DNA from: Malacoraja senta
Lineage: Eukaryota
Reading direction: 5' to 3'
Assembly: GCA_038087875.1 (NCBI GenBank)
Contig: CM075993.1
Location: 10,356,001 to 10,420,000, forward strand
Length of the DNA stretch: 64,000 nucleotides
The position numbers were made by a program, and so were the translations under genes. The notes beneath the pieces were generated by a model. It was not told the DNA's origin. It did not search any database and saw nothing but the letters and a program-made list of their open reading frames with translations. Positions 36,576 through 49,405 of this stretch are shown here, one piece after another (within the stretch, counting starts at the first letter, position 1; each line of letters begins with the position of its first letter).

Positions 36576-37546
36576 ATCATATCGTGGAGCAATCAGTTTT
36601 TGGGTAATCGCATTACAGACTCATTATCTGCCCATCCTCGATCCCTGCAGGCACATGAGCTTGATTATTGAGTTTGGTTCTAACCTAACTGTGCAATGGT
36701 CAGAGAATGAAAGCCCAATACATTTTATCAATAGTTAATGTATTTCAATATCAATGACTGATAACAGAATCTAGTCTTCTGCTCTTTCTTTGTGCCATTT
36801 CCGATAGCCTTTAATTCCCTGATTTTTGCAAAAACATCTCCCGCTATAGGAAGGTTTAGCTGGAAAGATTGCATTGAAGATTTATGAGGATGTTTCCAGG
36901 ACTTGAGGACCTAAGCTACAGGGAGACAGTAGGCTAGTTAGGACTTTATTCCTTGGAGCGCAGGAGGCTGAGTGGTGATCTTGTAGAGTTGTATAAAATT
37001 ATGAGGGAATAAATAGGGTGAATACACAGTCTTTTACCCAGGGGAGGGGAATCAAGAACCAGAGGACATAGGATTAAGATGAGAGGGGAAAGATTTAATC
37101 TGAACCTTTTTCCTGCATGTATGTAACGAGCTGCCAGAGAAGGTAGTTGAGGCAGGTACTATAATAACTATTTAAAATACACTTGGACAGGTACCAGGAA
37201 AGGTGTTGTTTTGAGGGATATGGGACTACCGTGGGCAAATAGGGCATCTTCAGCATAGGCGTGTCGGGCTGAAAGGCCTGTTTCTGTGCTGTTTGACGAT
37301 GACTCTAAATATCCAGAATGATTCAGCCTCCACAACCATCGGGTAGAGAATTCTGGAGATTCTTTACGCTCTGAGAAGTTGTTCCTGTGTATCTCGGTTT
37401 CCATTGACCGCTCTCCAATCTTGAAATGTACCTTAGAAATAAAACTTTACCCATTTTCCTTTTGCATCATCATATTGACCAGTTTTATGGCATTTGATTT
37501 CAAAACACACAATTTTTAATGTTAATGTGAATTAATTTTTGAGTAA

Positions 37547-37642
37547 AGGTAGACAGAAATGCTGGAGCAACTCAGCGGGTGAGGCAGCATCCATGGAGCG
37601 AAGGATTAGGTAATGTTTCGGGTCGAGACCCTTCTTCAGACT
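37547..37642 (-). mobile_element. Penelope terminal-repeat solo copy next to a splice acceptor
   Basis: ggtagacagaaatgctggagcaactcagcggg...tttcgggtcgagacccttcttcagact. Confidence 0.8.
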
Positions 37643-37676
37643 TTGATTAAGATATGCTTTCTCTTTTTATTTCCAG

Positions 37677-37848
37677 ATAACGAGGTTTACGCTTGGGGTA
37701 ATAATTCTATGGGGCAATGTGGCCAGGGAAACTCAACCGGTCCCATCACCAAACCTAAAAAAGTGATTGCTTTGGATGGCGTAGCATGTCAGCAGATCTC
37801 TGCTGGGACTTCACACAGCCTAGCTTGGACCGCATTGCCCAGGGACAG
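37677..37848 (+). CDS. HERC1: HERC1 exon (172 bp), last RCC1 repeat of RLD1
   Basis: tttccAG / DNEVYAWGNNSMGQCGQGNSTGPITKPKKV...ISAGTSHSLAWTALPRD-R / GTTGGA. Confidence 0.95.
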
Positions 37849-37941
37849 GTTGGAATGTGTTTTTGAAATTGCTTCAACATTTTTTTTTTAGGCTATTGTT
37901 TTAACTGATTTTTCAGCACTGCATTAATTTTATTGTGACAG

Positions 37942-38076
37942 GCAAGTGGTGGCATGGCACAGACCTTACTGTGTAGATTTAGAAGAAAGCACCTTCTCTC
38001 ACTTGCGATCGTTTCTAGAGTGGTATTGTGATGGCATCAACAGTGAAGTTCCACCTCTCCCCTTCCCGTCGTCCAG
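37942..38076 (+). CDS. HERC1: HERC1 exon (135 bp)
   Basis: tgtgacAG / QVVAWHRPYCVDLEESTFSHLRSFLEWYCDGINSEVPPLPFPSS-R / GTAAGA; preceded by a 93-bp intron. Confidence 0.95.
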
Positions 38077-39042
38077 GTAAGATTGGCTGTCATATTGTCT
38101 GGTGGGTTAGAATTCATGAAGTCTGATCATTGCTGCTGTGAGATGTTTAAGGCAAGTTGGATGTTTGAGTTCCAGTTTCTTTCTGTGATCCACTCATAAT
38201 TGTGGCTCAAACATTTTCTCATGATTGAAGCAGAATGTTAACTGCAGTTGCCTAGTCATTCATTCCCAGTCAATCAGTAACACAATGTATTTTATGGCAC
38301 AATATGTATGGAGTTTGGGTCAGTGTGCAATTTGACTTTATAGCATATTTAACACTATGTACTGGGAATGAATTCTTAGCCAGATAAAGCTTAACTTTTA
38401 CATTTGTTGAAATACGGTAAAAGAATAACTTTGAGAAGTAAACCTTGCACTTGTTATCTTAAGCAGGTTCGGATATCAATTGTGGACATGATGCAGTACT
38501 TAATGTTAATTAGACTGCTCTATTAAGCAAAAAATGTTGTATTTGGATAAAGTTCATTGACACACCTTTTTCTTTTGTATGATGGCGAATGAATGATTAG
38601 ATCTTATTAGTTATTAGATCTTGAACAGGATGCACAGTGTTAGTGTGCAAATGCTCATACATTCATAAAGCTTTGCTCTTTGCTACTTTCAAGGACAAAT
38701 TAAGCTTCCCCTATTTACAGCCATTAAAACCCAATTCAAATAAGGTCATTAAATAACCATAAACTAAAGTATCATTGGAATCTCAAAAGCATTTCACTGA
38801 GAGGATTGGAGTGAATTACTTTTGAAGTTATTTCTAAATATAAAAGTTTTTTTTATGTCAGTAACACAGATTTGAAAATAATTGCAATCTGAAACCATTA
38901 GTCAGTTTTCACATTTAGGCAGTGGCTAATGTGCAAACCACATTGCTAGTATTTTCTAACTGCAAGTACTGTGTGTTTTATGTTCATTACCTTAGTTATC
39001 TGGAATTTAACAGATGTAATTTAAACTTACCTTTTTCATCAG

Positions 39043-39208
39043 GGAACATCATAATTTTCTTAAGCTATGTCTCAAACTGCTGTCCAACCATCTGGCCCTG
39101 GCTTTAGCTGGCGGTGTAGCTACCAGTATCCTTGGGAGACAGGCCAGACCACTGCGTAATCTGCTTTTCAGACTAATGGACTCCTCTGTTCCTGATGAAA
39201 TTCAAGAG
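39043..39208 (+). CDS. HERC1: HERC1 exon (166 bp)
   Basis: ttttcatcAG / EHHNFLKLCLKLLSNHLALALAGGVATSILGRQARPLRNLLFRLMDSSVPDEIQE / GTGAGT. Confidence 0.96.
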
Positions 39209-40439
39209 GTGAGTTATTCTAGTCATTCTGTCTTGTTTGAATTTCTTATTGCCGGATTAGGACCTGTGCTTTGAGTGCCAGAAAGGAGCCAGAACTGAAA
39301 GTGTGTCTTTTAAACATCACAATTGTATCTACAGGCAGATGTACAGCATCATGGTTGGCACAGATATCATGGGTCTATTTCTATGCTTTACAGTTCAATT
39401 TGCCGTAAACTTCCTCTGGCAGCTCGTCTGTATACCCACCATTGTCTGCGAGTAACTCGGCGGAACAGGCAGCATCTCTGGATAGAAGGAATGTGTGACG
39501 TTTCGGGTCGAGACCCTTTAAATCTATACCCATACTCCATGTGTGCAGGCTAACCAATGATTTGTACAACTCTAACATGTCTTCCCAAATCCTATACCCA
39601 CTGCCTCAGCAGATGAAGGAAGGCAAGCACCAGCACATCATCTTCAGCACTGCCTACATCTGTCGCCAATGATAGAATACATATTTTCAGTTCTTGAGTT
39701 GTATAATTCTTTACATCCAGTAAAAATGTACAGCAAGTAGTGGTGCAACCAGCTCTGTTCACCGCCAACATCTGTCTGAACAACTTGTTTAATAGACTCA
39801 TTCTCCATCTGGTAAACAACGTAGGGAGCACAATCAGAATGTAGCTTTGTGCCCCAGAGGAGAAATGCCTTTTATAATTCTATTTATTTATTCTTTGAGT
39901 TAGGAATACCCTGACTCAATGCAACTGGTCATCAGTAAATATAATCAGGAAGTATTGTTTGTGTGAATGATAAACAGCTATACTGTTCTCAATGATTTCT
40001 TGACTAGAGGAATAACAATGAATCAGTGACTTATAACACTGAACAGTGGGACACATGAACAGACTCTTCAGCCACAATGTCTACCGAACATGCTGCCAAG
40101 TTAAACTAATCACCTCTCGCTGCACGTAGTTAATATCTCTCCATTCCTTGCATATTCAGCAGCTATCTAAACGCCACTTTCATACCTGCTTCAACCACCA
40201 CCCAACCCCTGGCAGTGTATTCCAGGCATCCTCCGCTCTGTTTAAAAAAACAACTTGCTCTGTACATCCCCGTTTAACTTTCACCCTCTCACCTTAAAGT
40301 TTTCTGCTCTCATCTTGCATACTTTCTGCAATGAGGGTGCAAGGCAGTTTCAAATGAATTATCAGCATGAATGCAACTTCTGTTTTATTGTCTTTTTGTG
40401 GGTGTAAAAGATGATTATGGTCATTATGCTCCTGTGCAG

Positions 40440-40565
40440 GCTGTTATAGAGACATTGTCTGTGGGTGCTACGATGTTACTTCCACCACTGCGGGAAAGGA
40501 TGGAGCTGCTGCATGCACTGCTTCCACAGGGTCCTGATCGATGGGAAAGCTTAACAAAAGGACAG
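40440..40565 (+). CDS. HERC1: HERC1 exon (126 bp)
   Basis: cctgtgcAG / AVIETLSVGATMLLPPLRERMELLHALLPQGPDRWESLTKGQ / GTAAAA. Confidence 0.96.
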
Positions 40566-40732
40566 GTAAAATCACCTTGCAATCTTCAAAATGTTTAATT
40601 GTTTTACTTTGATTCGTTTTGTTTATTTCTGGCATCCATTATAACGTGTTATTTTTTTTAATAAACGTGGGTTCACTCAAGAATACTGACTTGGGTATTA
40701 GAGAGACTGTCAAATTAGATTACTCTGATTTT

Positions 40733-40990
40733 GGAGTTTAGAGATACGGCACGGAAACGGGCCCTTTGGCCCACTGAGTCTGTGCTGACCAGCGATCCCC
40801 ATACACTAGCATTATCCTACACACTAGGGACAATTAAAATGTTTTTACAAAGCCAATGAACCTACAAACCTGCACGTCTATGGAGTGTGGGTGGAAACCG
40901 GAGCACCCAGGGAAAACCCATGCGGTCACAGCGAGACCGTACAAACTCCGTACAGACAGCACCCGTAGTCACAATCAAACCAGGGTCAAA
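40733..40990 (-). mobile_element. HE1-like V-SINE
   Basis: ggaaaccggagcacccagggaaaacccatgcggtcac...tacaaactccgtacagacagc. Confidence 0.8.
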
Positions 40991-41004
40991 CCAGGAAATT
41001 TTGA

Positions 41005-41170
41005 ACAGTGTCAGATTTTCGGAGCCCCCCGCTATGTCGGGACCAGCTTCGCACAACTCCATACGGCTCCGGCGATCGAAGTGGGACCGGCCCCGCGAGG
41101 CTGTACGGCTCAAGCGACCACGTTAGGTCGCGCTTGCCGCATGCAGTCGCATGCTCGTGGGACAGGCCCT
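41005..41170. mobile_element. PIF/Harbinger MITE, right half
   Basis: Matches 5295-5434 and ends GTGGGACAGGCCCT followed by TAA. Confidence 0.78.
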
Positions 41171-41663
41171 TAAGCCTTTGGTGAGTAGTGGAGGGTGCGG
41201 CTCAGGAGGAAGCTCTATCGGGCCTGCCTAAGAGTAGAGGAGCATTGGAGTCTTTGTCCTGGAAGCTGGAGTAATTTGCAGGTTGATAGTGAGCTGGATC
41301 TGGGCTGTTTATATGAGATTTGTGAGCTGGAATATGGGGGCATTGTGTTGGATGTAGGTGAAAACGCCATACGGATTATGCCTGCTGTTATTGTGCAAGA
41401 AAAGATGGGGGCATGAGGGAATTGAGTTCAGGATCAAGTCGAGGACATGTAGAATACAGTAGGTATTCCAGTTTGGCACAGTAATGGTGAAATCTGAGCA
41501 AAGGTGGTCCAGGTTTCCCTCCAAAAGGTGTGTTGTCCCTTCATCCGAATCACATCCGAGGACACGGGTGACAAGCTGGAAGTCTCTGGTTAGCATTTCC
41601 GGACTGCTGACCAAGATGTTGTTGTTGTACAACTCCTCCCCCTTCTGTCATGGGGTAGACTAA

Positions 41664-42301
41664 AGTGCCTGTCCCACATGGCCGTCATTTACACGACGGG
41701 CCGGTAGTGACTGACGCGCGACAGTCGGGTGCGTCATGCGTCCGCACAGCCGTCTGGAGCACTTGACGTCATTTGAAGATAGACACAAAATGCAGGAGTA
41801 ACTCAGCGGGACCGCCAGCATCTCTGGAGAGAAGGAATAGATGATGTTTCGGGTCGAGACTCTTCTTCAGTCTGAAGAAGGGTCTCGACCCGAAAAGTCA
41901 CCCATTGCTTCTCTCCAGAGATGCTGCCAGTCCCGCTGAGTTACTCCAGCATTTTGTGTCTATCTCCAATCGTCTTGGCCCCGCTCTGGGAGTAGGAGTG
42001 GGGGTGGATCCGGATCCGCAATGGCCGTGAGCCCCAGGCCGAGCTCGGCGATCGTTTGCCTGCTTCTGCTGCTGTTGGAGGTGAGACGTTGCGCCGTGCC
42101 AGGGTCTTGGGCCTGTCCCACTTTGGCCGTCAGTTACGCGACAGGCTGGTGGCGGGCGAAGATTTCGTGCAGAACGAAGTCCACACTCCTCCATGCCAAT
42201 CCACACTCCTCCACACCACTCCGTGCGCCCGTCCCGCGCTACCCACACGCTAGCAGGTCGTGTAAATGGCGCGCGGATGACGGCCAAGTGGGACAGGCCT
42301 T
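41664..42301. mobile_element. PIF/Harbinger MITE carrying a palindromic Penelope repeat
   Basis: AGTGCCTGTCCCAC...GTGGGACAGGCCTT with TAA/TTA flanks; internal palindrome at ~41777-41966. Confidence 0.8.
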
Positions 42302-42980
42302 TTACTCCCTTCCCCCCCCCCCCCCCCAATCTTTGCACATCCCCAATCCTCGACTTGCCACTCGTCACTTTAATTTTGTGTTTCATGTATCTTGTTGTGT
42401 TTTGTGATGTTGGTTGACCAATTTCCCTCCTGGGATAAATAAAGTTCTATCGTACCGAATCATTGTGTTTCGTTCTGGGAGAAATTGATTTTTTCAATTA
42501 CCTATCATTGAGGGGGAAAAAAACACAAGCCCCAACCAATTGGATTTTGATATTAAATTCCTTTTTGTTTAATAGTTCGTCAACTTTGTTTTCCTTCATC
42601 TGTAATTTTACCAAGACAAAAACCATTAAAAATGTTCATATGTCAGATACTTGTGCCACTGCATAGGGCAATATTTAGGATATCTTTTAATAAAATTGTG
42701 ACATTTATTTCAGGCCTTTATGCAAGGAGTACTCAAATATGCTTTCCTTGAATAGAGAATAAATCCATTATTCTGCCTTTAGTACTAGCAAATAACAAAC
42801 AGAATTATTTTCATCCTCGACAGTATGGTTGTAATTTACAAAGCTATTACATTTAATTTTCCTAGCGTCTGACTATAACAAAAACATGAATATTCCGGGT
42901 AAATGCTTATTGCTCTTTCCACTCTGTTCAAATGTATGGCCATATTATCTTAATAGATTATTAATACTTTTTTTTTCCAG

Positions 42981-43199
42981 AGAATGCAGCTGGATATTAT
43001 TCTCACCAGCTTGCAGGACCACACCCACGTGGCTTCTCTGCTGGGTTACAGCTCTCCTCCCGATGTTGAAGCCTCCTCTACAGGGCCAAGTTACAGCAGC
43101 TTCCCCGACACCTCGTTCACCTCCCAGGCCAGTCATCCTGATACTCATTTGGCAGAGATCTTGATGAAAACACTGCTGAGGAATTTAGGATTCTACACA
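42981..43199 (+). CDS. HERC1: HERC1 exon (219 bp)
   Basis: ttttccAG / RMQLDIILTSLQDHTHVASLLGYSS...HPDTHLAEILMKTLLRNLGFYT / GTAAGC. Confidence 0.96.
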
Positions 43200-44513
43200 G
43201 TAAGCAACTTCCTAACTACTAATGTGTTGATTTAATTTAATTTTGTGCTGTTACAACATAGCATTTGGACTGGAAATTATTTCTTTATACTAAATACAAT
43301 ATCTTCAATAAGTTTGCCCTAAATGTTTTGCCTAACTAATGCTCCTGAGAATTTTTTTAAAATATCCTTTGAGGAAAGAAAAGCAAGGGAGAATGTGACA
43401 TAATTTGTCATCAGCTATCTTGCAGGAGTATTGCACCTGTATTTATTCTGTTTGACAATTGGGTAATCCTTGTATAAGATGGTTATCAGCCAGTCCTTTT
43501 ACCTATTGGCATGATTTAACCCATGTGTAGGTTAAGTACTTTTTTATTTTCTCAACTATCATGTGCAAGAGTATATTAATTTTCCATGTATAACACGGAT
43601 GAGACTTGAGGATCAGACGTGATGGGAAGTGTGCAGGACGGAACTGTAGATGCTGGTTTACACTGATGGTAGACACAAAATGCTGGAGTAACTCAGTGGG
43701 TCAGGCAGCATCTTTGAATAAAGGTATACGTGACGTTTCAGGTCGGAACCCTTCTTCCGTTTGAATTTAGCTTTGAAAATTCTATTAAGTCGAAGAATTT
43801 CTGGTCAGAGAAATTTCAGCTTGTTGGTCTAATATAATTTACACAAGGACAAGGACAAATACAAAGAATATTATTTGAGATGGAAGCAAGGAAGTTAGAA
43901 AATCATAAGATTAAATGGAGTCAATCTAATATGGTGAAATGGAAATTGTGTATGACAAAGCTAATAGATTTTTGAAGAAATAACTAGCAAGGTGAATAAA
44001 GGAGAATGAATCGATGTTTGTTTGCATTTTCAAAATGCATTTGGTAAGATTCCATGCAAGGAGTTGTTATGCAAGGTTTAGCTTCAAAGATGTTGGCATG
44101 AATTAAAGGTTTATTTACGAGGAGGAAATTAGATTGTAGATATAAGCAGGTAATTTCAGAAAGGCTGTGGGGCACTGTAAAGATGATTGCCTGCTATTTA
44201 CAATCTGTCTAATGACTTGATTAGTCCAGTTTTTTGTGTCTACGGTTTAAACCAGCATCTGCAGTTCCTTCCTACACTACTTGGTTGAGTTGACTGATTG
44301 TCACGTCCAAAGTTGCTGCTGATGGAAAACTTGGTAGGAAGGCAAATGGATAAAACACAAACTTTGTGGGGAAGTAAGACAGACATAGAGAATAAACAAA
44401 AAGACAGATAATGTTTAATGTGGGCAAATGCTGATTTGTCCACAGAGTAATAGAAAATTAGAAAATATTTTAAAAAGTGGGTGAGTAATAAATATTGGTG
44501 TTTGGAAGAGTTA

Positions 44514-44819
44514 AGGGCCTGTCCCACTGTGCGAGGTAATTCAAGAGTTCTCCCGAGTTTCCCCTGATTCGAACTCTGAGAATTACGGTAATAGCCATTC
44601 GTAGGTACTCGGGGCTCTCGTGGACAGTTTTCACAGTGCTGAAAAAACTTCACGAGTTTCCGCGTTTCCCGAGTACCTGCCGTTAGCATTACGAGCCGCT
44701 ACGGGACATCCACGAGCTCCGACGTAGCCACTACGTACATTCTACGTACTTACCACGAGTTTGATTTTTTTAAAACTCGGGAGAGCTCTTGAATTACCTC
44801 GTTCAGTGGGACAGGTCCT
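44514..44819. mobile_element. PIF/Harbinger MITE, subfamily 2
   Basis: AGGGCCTGTCCCACTG...CAGTGGGACAGGTCCT with TTA TSD on both sides. Confidence 0.85.
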
Positions 44820-46650
44820 TTAGGGTGTCACAAAAGTGATTACATGATTCAGCAAGCAGTGCAGTCAAGTCAAGAGAGTTTATTGTCATGTGTCCCAGAT
44901 AGGACAATGAAATTCTTGCTTGCTGCAGCCCAACAGAATATAGTAAGCAAAAAATACAGGTTTATTTTTTACTTTTGAGGGATTGGGCCACAACACTGAG
45001 GAAAGTGGTTCTATAGGGATACAGTGTCTCATTGTCCAAGGAAAGAAAGTGGAAGCTCAATCAACAAGTATATTCAAGAAAAGACAAATTGCTGGAGTAA
45101 CTCAGTGGGTCAGGCAGCATCTCTGGAGAACGTGGATAGGTGGTGTTTTGGTTCAGGACCGTTCTTCAATAGCATCTGGAGAACGTATTAAAGACTTGGA
45201 GTGATAGATATATTTGGGCACTGAGAAAGAATATCTGAATAGGGTGGGAAAGTAGTATAATTGATTAATTCTTATTTAATGGTGGAAATTAAAACAACGT
45301 TGGAAGAACTTGGCAGATCAAGCAGCAGCAATGAGGCAATCATGTAGGGCGACATTTTGGGTCAAGATTCTGTAATGAAAGTGAGTCTTGGTATTGGCTT
45401 ATTATTATGACATGCACTGAGAACATTATGTGCTATCCAGTCAAATTATGCCTTGCGTGAGTACAATCGAGCCGTACACGAGTACAACAGGCATTCTACA
45501 CCTGAATATTGCAGAGTGCAGAATATTGTGTTGCACTGTTATAGGATTAAGTTGAAGAAAGTGCAGATTAAAAAACAAAGTGGAAGATCGGGCTTACATC
45601 CTAGCTTCTGTGAGGACCGTTCGGTCGGATAACAGTGGGGCAGACGATGTTCTTGAATCTGGTGCTGTGTGTTTTCAAGCTTTTACATTTGAGAAAATGA
45701 TTGGGTTTAAAATGGTCCTTGAATATATTGGCCGCTTTCCTGAGGGAATGTGAAATGTAGATAAGGAAGAGGCTGATTTGTGTGATGGACTGAGCTACAT
45801 CCATACTGTAACTTTCTGTAATTGTTGTGGTATTGGACAGAGCTGTTGCCAAACGAAGCTGAGATGGAATCAATAAGATGTTTTCTATGGTGCATCTGTA
45901 GAAGCTGGCAAGACGAGCTGAACTTCCTTATTCTTCCGAGGAATTAGAGGCGTTAGCGTGCTTTCTTAGTCGTAGCATCAACGTGATTAGTCCAGGACAA
46001 ATTGTTGGTGGTATTTACACCTTGAAGCTATTGAGCATCTCTACTTCAGTACCATTGATGCTGACTGGGGAGTGTGCACCAATTAGCAAGAAATGAATTC
46101 AGTGGGTGAGACCAGGCAAACACAATGAGCCTGACAAGGCTGTCCTGTTCACAGGTGAGAGATACAATTGGGCAGTATGGGTTGAGGGTCTGTGGTTAGA
46201 GGGGAGAATTTCTGTTGAGGTGAGACATATAACAATCTGGGAGATGGTGGCCTGATGCTCGCGAATGGGGTTAAGGTATGAGGTTTTAGAATGAAAGGCA
46301 GCTGGCCTCTTCCAGGTGGAGGTCAGAGGACCAGACTCCAACGGCAACCCCATTGTCTACAGGTTTCATGACAACCTTGGAATTGGTTTAAAGCGAGTAG
46401 AGGACTGCTTGTTTGGAGTGAGTAAGCTTGGAATGGGTGAGGGGAGTGAACAGACGCAGATGTCAGTGTAGAGTAAGCAAGTGGAAATGAAGAGATCTAC
46501 AGAGGGTGCTGTTCCAGAGAAAGTTGTAAATTGAGAAGGAGGAGGAAATTTAATAGGGCAAATACCCAATTTTTGGGGGGGGGTTTCTTGTTTAAAAGTC
46601 ATTAAATTGCTGCATTTGTTATGTTAAATATGATTATTATTCCTCTCTAG

Positions 46651-46803
46651 GATCAAGCTTTTGGAGAACTCGAAAAAAATAGTGACAAGCAACTATTGGG
46701 AACTTCATCAGCTGAAAACAGCCAGCCAGCTCACTTACACGAGCTCCTGTGCTCCCTGCAGAAGCAACTTCTGGCATATTGCCACACCAACAGTGTCAAT
46801 GAG
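46651..46803 (+). CDS. HERC1: HERC1 exon (153 bp)
   Basis: cctctctAG / DQAFGELEKNSDKQLLGTSSAENSQPAHLHELLCSLQKQLLAYCHTNSVNE / GTAAGC. Confidence 0.96.
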
Positions 46804-46894
46804 GTAAGCATGGATTGCACTCAGCGTTTACTCAGCAATGTACATTTGAGATATCATCTTTTGTTACATGTAAAACTCTGCATGTGTTTTTTAG

Positions 46895-47027
46895 AGCTCC
46901 AGCAGTGTGGCATTGTTACACAAACACCTTCAGCTCTTGCTGCCTCATGCAACTGAGATTTACTCCCGTTCTGCAACGCTGCTGAAGGAAAGCTCCTGGA
47001 ATGGAAGTGTCCGGGACAAGCTTCAAG
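46895..47027 (+). CDS. HERC1: HERC1 exon (133 bp)
   Basis: ttttttAG / SSSSVALLHKHLQLLLPHATEIYSRSATLLKESSWNGSVRDKLQ-G / GTACGA; preceded by a 91-bp intron. Confidence 0.95.
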
Positions 47028-47104
47028 GTACGAATTACATATTTGAACAAAACGTAGAACAGTACAGCACAAGAACAGGCCCTTCGGCTCACGGTGGCTG
47101 CATT

Positions 47105-47408
47105 GATTTAGTTTAGTTTAGAAATACAATGCGGAAACAGGCCCTTCGGCCTACCGGGTCTGCACTGACCAGCGATCCCCGCACATTAACACTATCCTAC
47201 ACACACTAGGGACAATTTTTACATTTACCAAGTCAATTTCCCTACATACCTGTACGTCTTTGGAATGTGGGAGGAATGCGAAGATCTCTGAGAAAACCCA
47301 TGCAGGTCACGGGGACACAGACAAACTCCGTACAGACAGTAGTCGGGATCGAGCCCGGGTCTCTGACGCTGTAAGGCAGCAACTCTCCTGCTGTGCCACT
47401 GTGATGCC
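47105..47408 (-). mobile_element. HE1-like V-SINE
   Basis: (TTTAG)n tail, V-domain and tRNA-like head region (gatcgagcccgggtctctg). Confidence 0.82.
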
Positions 47409-48091
47409 AATCTAAATTATTTGCATAGGAAGGAACTACAGATGCTGGTTTACATCAAAGATAGACACACATTGCTGGAGTAACTCAGTGGGATCAGTAG
47501 CATCTATGCAGAGAAGGAATGGGTGACGTTTCAGGTCAAGACCCTTGAAATCTAATTGCATTTGTCCTGCAAAATCCACCATATTTCTCTATTTCCTGCC
47601 CGTTCATGTGTCTGTCGAAGTACTTAAAAGTTGTCGTCATTTCGGGCGGTACATACAAGGCACATATCACAGACTATGACGGGCGAGAAAAGGCCAGAAC
47701 AAATCGGGGCTGGCGATAGATTACCCTCAGGGAGGGTGGAGTCTATAATGGCCCATTGTTGGCTGGGGAAGTTGAGATTATTGAGTAGGGATACTTGATT
47801 TGAAGTTGTTAATAGAATTTGGAGAACTCTGTTTTGAGCAGGAAGAAAAAAAAGATAAATTGCTAGGTGATTGAACTCTTTCTTTATCTGACTATATTGC
47901 AAGTTGGAGCATGAGAAGATTTGGTAATGTCTCATAACAATGAAAAATGTAATCTGATAAAAATGGTCGTTGGAGAGTACTTCATGTTTTAATTCAGATC
48001 TGAAACATGCAAACTGTGGCCCATTTAAGCTGAGCAGTTTGGTTTTTCAGCTGCTGTTCTATTGTCGTTTTTGATATCAATAACTGTGTAA

Positions 48092-49405
48092 TAGAAACAT
48101 AGAAAATAGGTGCAGGAGTAGGCCATTCGACCCTTCGAGCCAGCACCGCCATTCAATATGATCATGGCTGATAGGGTTCTTAAAGATAGCGGAGTCAAGG
48201 GATATGGGGAGAGGGCAGGAACGGGGTACTGATTGTGGATGATCAGCCATGATCACATTGAATGGCAGTGCCTGCTCGAAGGGCCGAATGGCCTACTCCT
48301 GCACCTATGGTATATTGTCTAATGATCATCCAAAATCAGGACCCCATTCTGGCTTTCCCCCCCATATCCCTTGATTCCCTTAGCCCTAAGAGCTAAATCT
48401 AACTCTCTCTTGAAAACATCCAGTGAATTTGCCTCCACTGCCTTCTGTGGCAGAAAATTCCACAGATTCACAAGTCTCTGGGTGAAAATGTTTTTTTCTC
48501 ATCTCAGTCCTAAATGGCCTACCCCTATTCTTAAACGGTGACACCTGGTTCTAGACTTCCCCAACATCGGGAACATTTTTCCTGCATCTACCCTGTCCAA
48601 TCCTCTAAGAATGTTATATGTTTCTATAAGATCCCCTCTCATTCTTCTAAATTCCAGCGAATACAAGCCCAGTTGACCCATTCTTTCATCATCTGTCAGT
48701 CCCGCTCTCCCGGGAATTAACCTGGTGAACCAACGCTGCACTCCTTCAATAGCAATAATGTCCTTCCTCAAATTAGGAGACCAAAATTGTACACAATACT
48801 CCAGGTGTGGTGTCATCAGGGCCCTGTACAACTACAGTAGGACCTCCTAGTTCCTAAACTCAAATCCTCTCGCAATGAAGGCCAACATGCCATTAGCTTT
48901 CTTCACTGCCAGCTGTACCTGCATGCTTAAGGGCCTGTCCTACTTTGGCGTCATTTGCGCGTAATTTACGCTACATCATTTACGCGTCACGACGTGTGCG
49001 TCATGCTGCGCACGTGATGCGCGCATGGTGTGTGGTGACATAGGCAGTGACGTGCGGTGCCCCAGGATTTTGGGATGTACAAAATCTGCGTGAAGCGCAA
49101 ATGACCCCCAAGTGGGACAGGCCCTTTACTTTCAGTGACTGATGTACAAGCACACCCAGGTCTTGTTGCACCTTCCCTTCTCCTAATCTAACACCATTCA
49201 GATATTCTGCCTTCCTGTTCTTGACACCAAAGTGGATAACCTCATATTTATCCACGTTATACTGCATCTGCCATGCTTCTGCCCATTCACCCAACCTATT
49301 CAAGTCACCCTGCAGCCTCATGGCATCCTCCTTGCAGCTCACACTGCCACCTAGCTTTGTGTTTTCTGCAAACTTAGAGATGTTACATTTAATTCCCTCG
49401 TCTAA
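48092..49405 (-). mobile_element. CR1 LINE 3' part with two nested insertions
   Basis: ORFs 48499-48831 and 49001-49342 are CR1 RT; interrupted at ~48172-48322 and 48930-49125. Confidence 0.9.
48930..49125. mobile_element. PIF/Harbinger MITE (196 bp) nested in CR1
   Basis: AGGGCCTGTCC...GGACAGGCCCT; TTA duplicated relative to the uninterrupted CR1 copy at ~8521. Confidence 0.9.
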
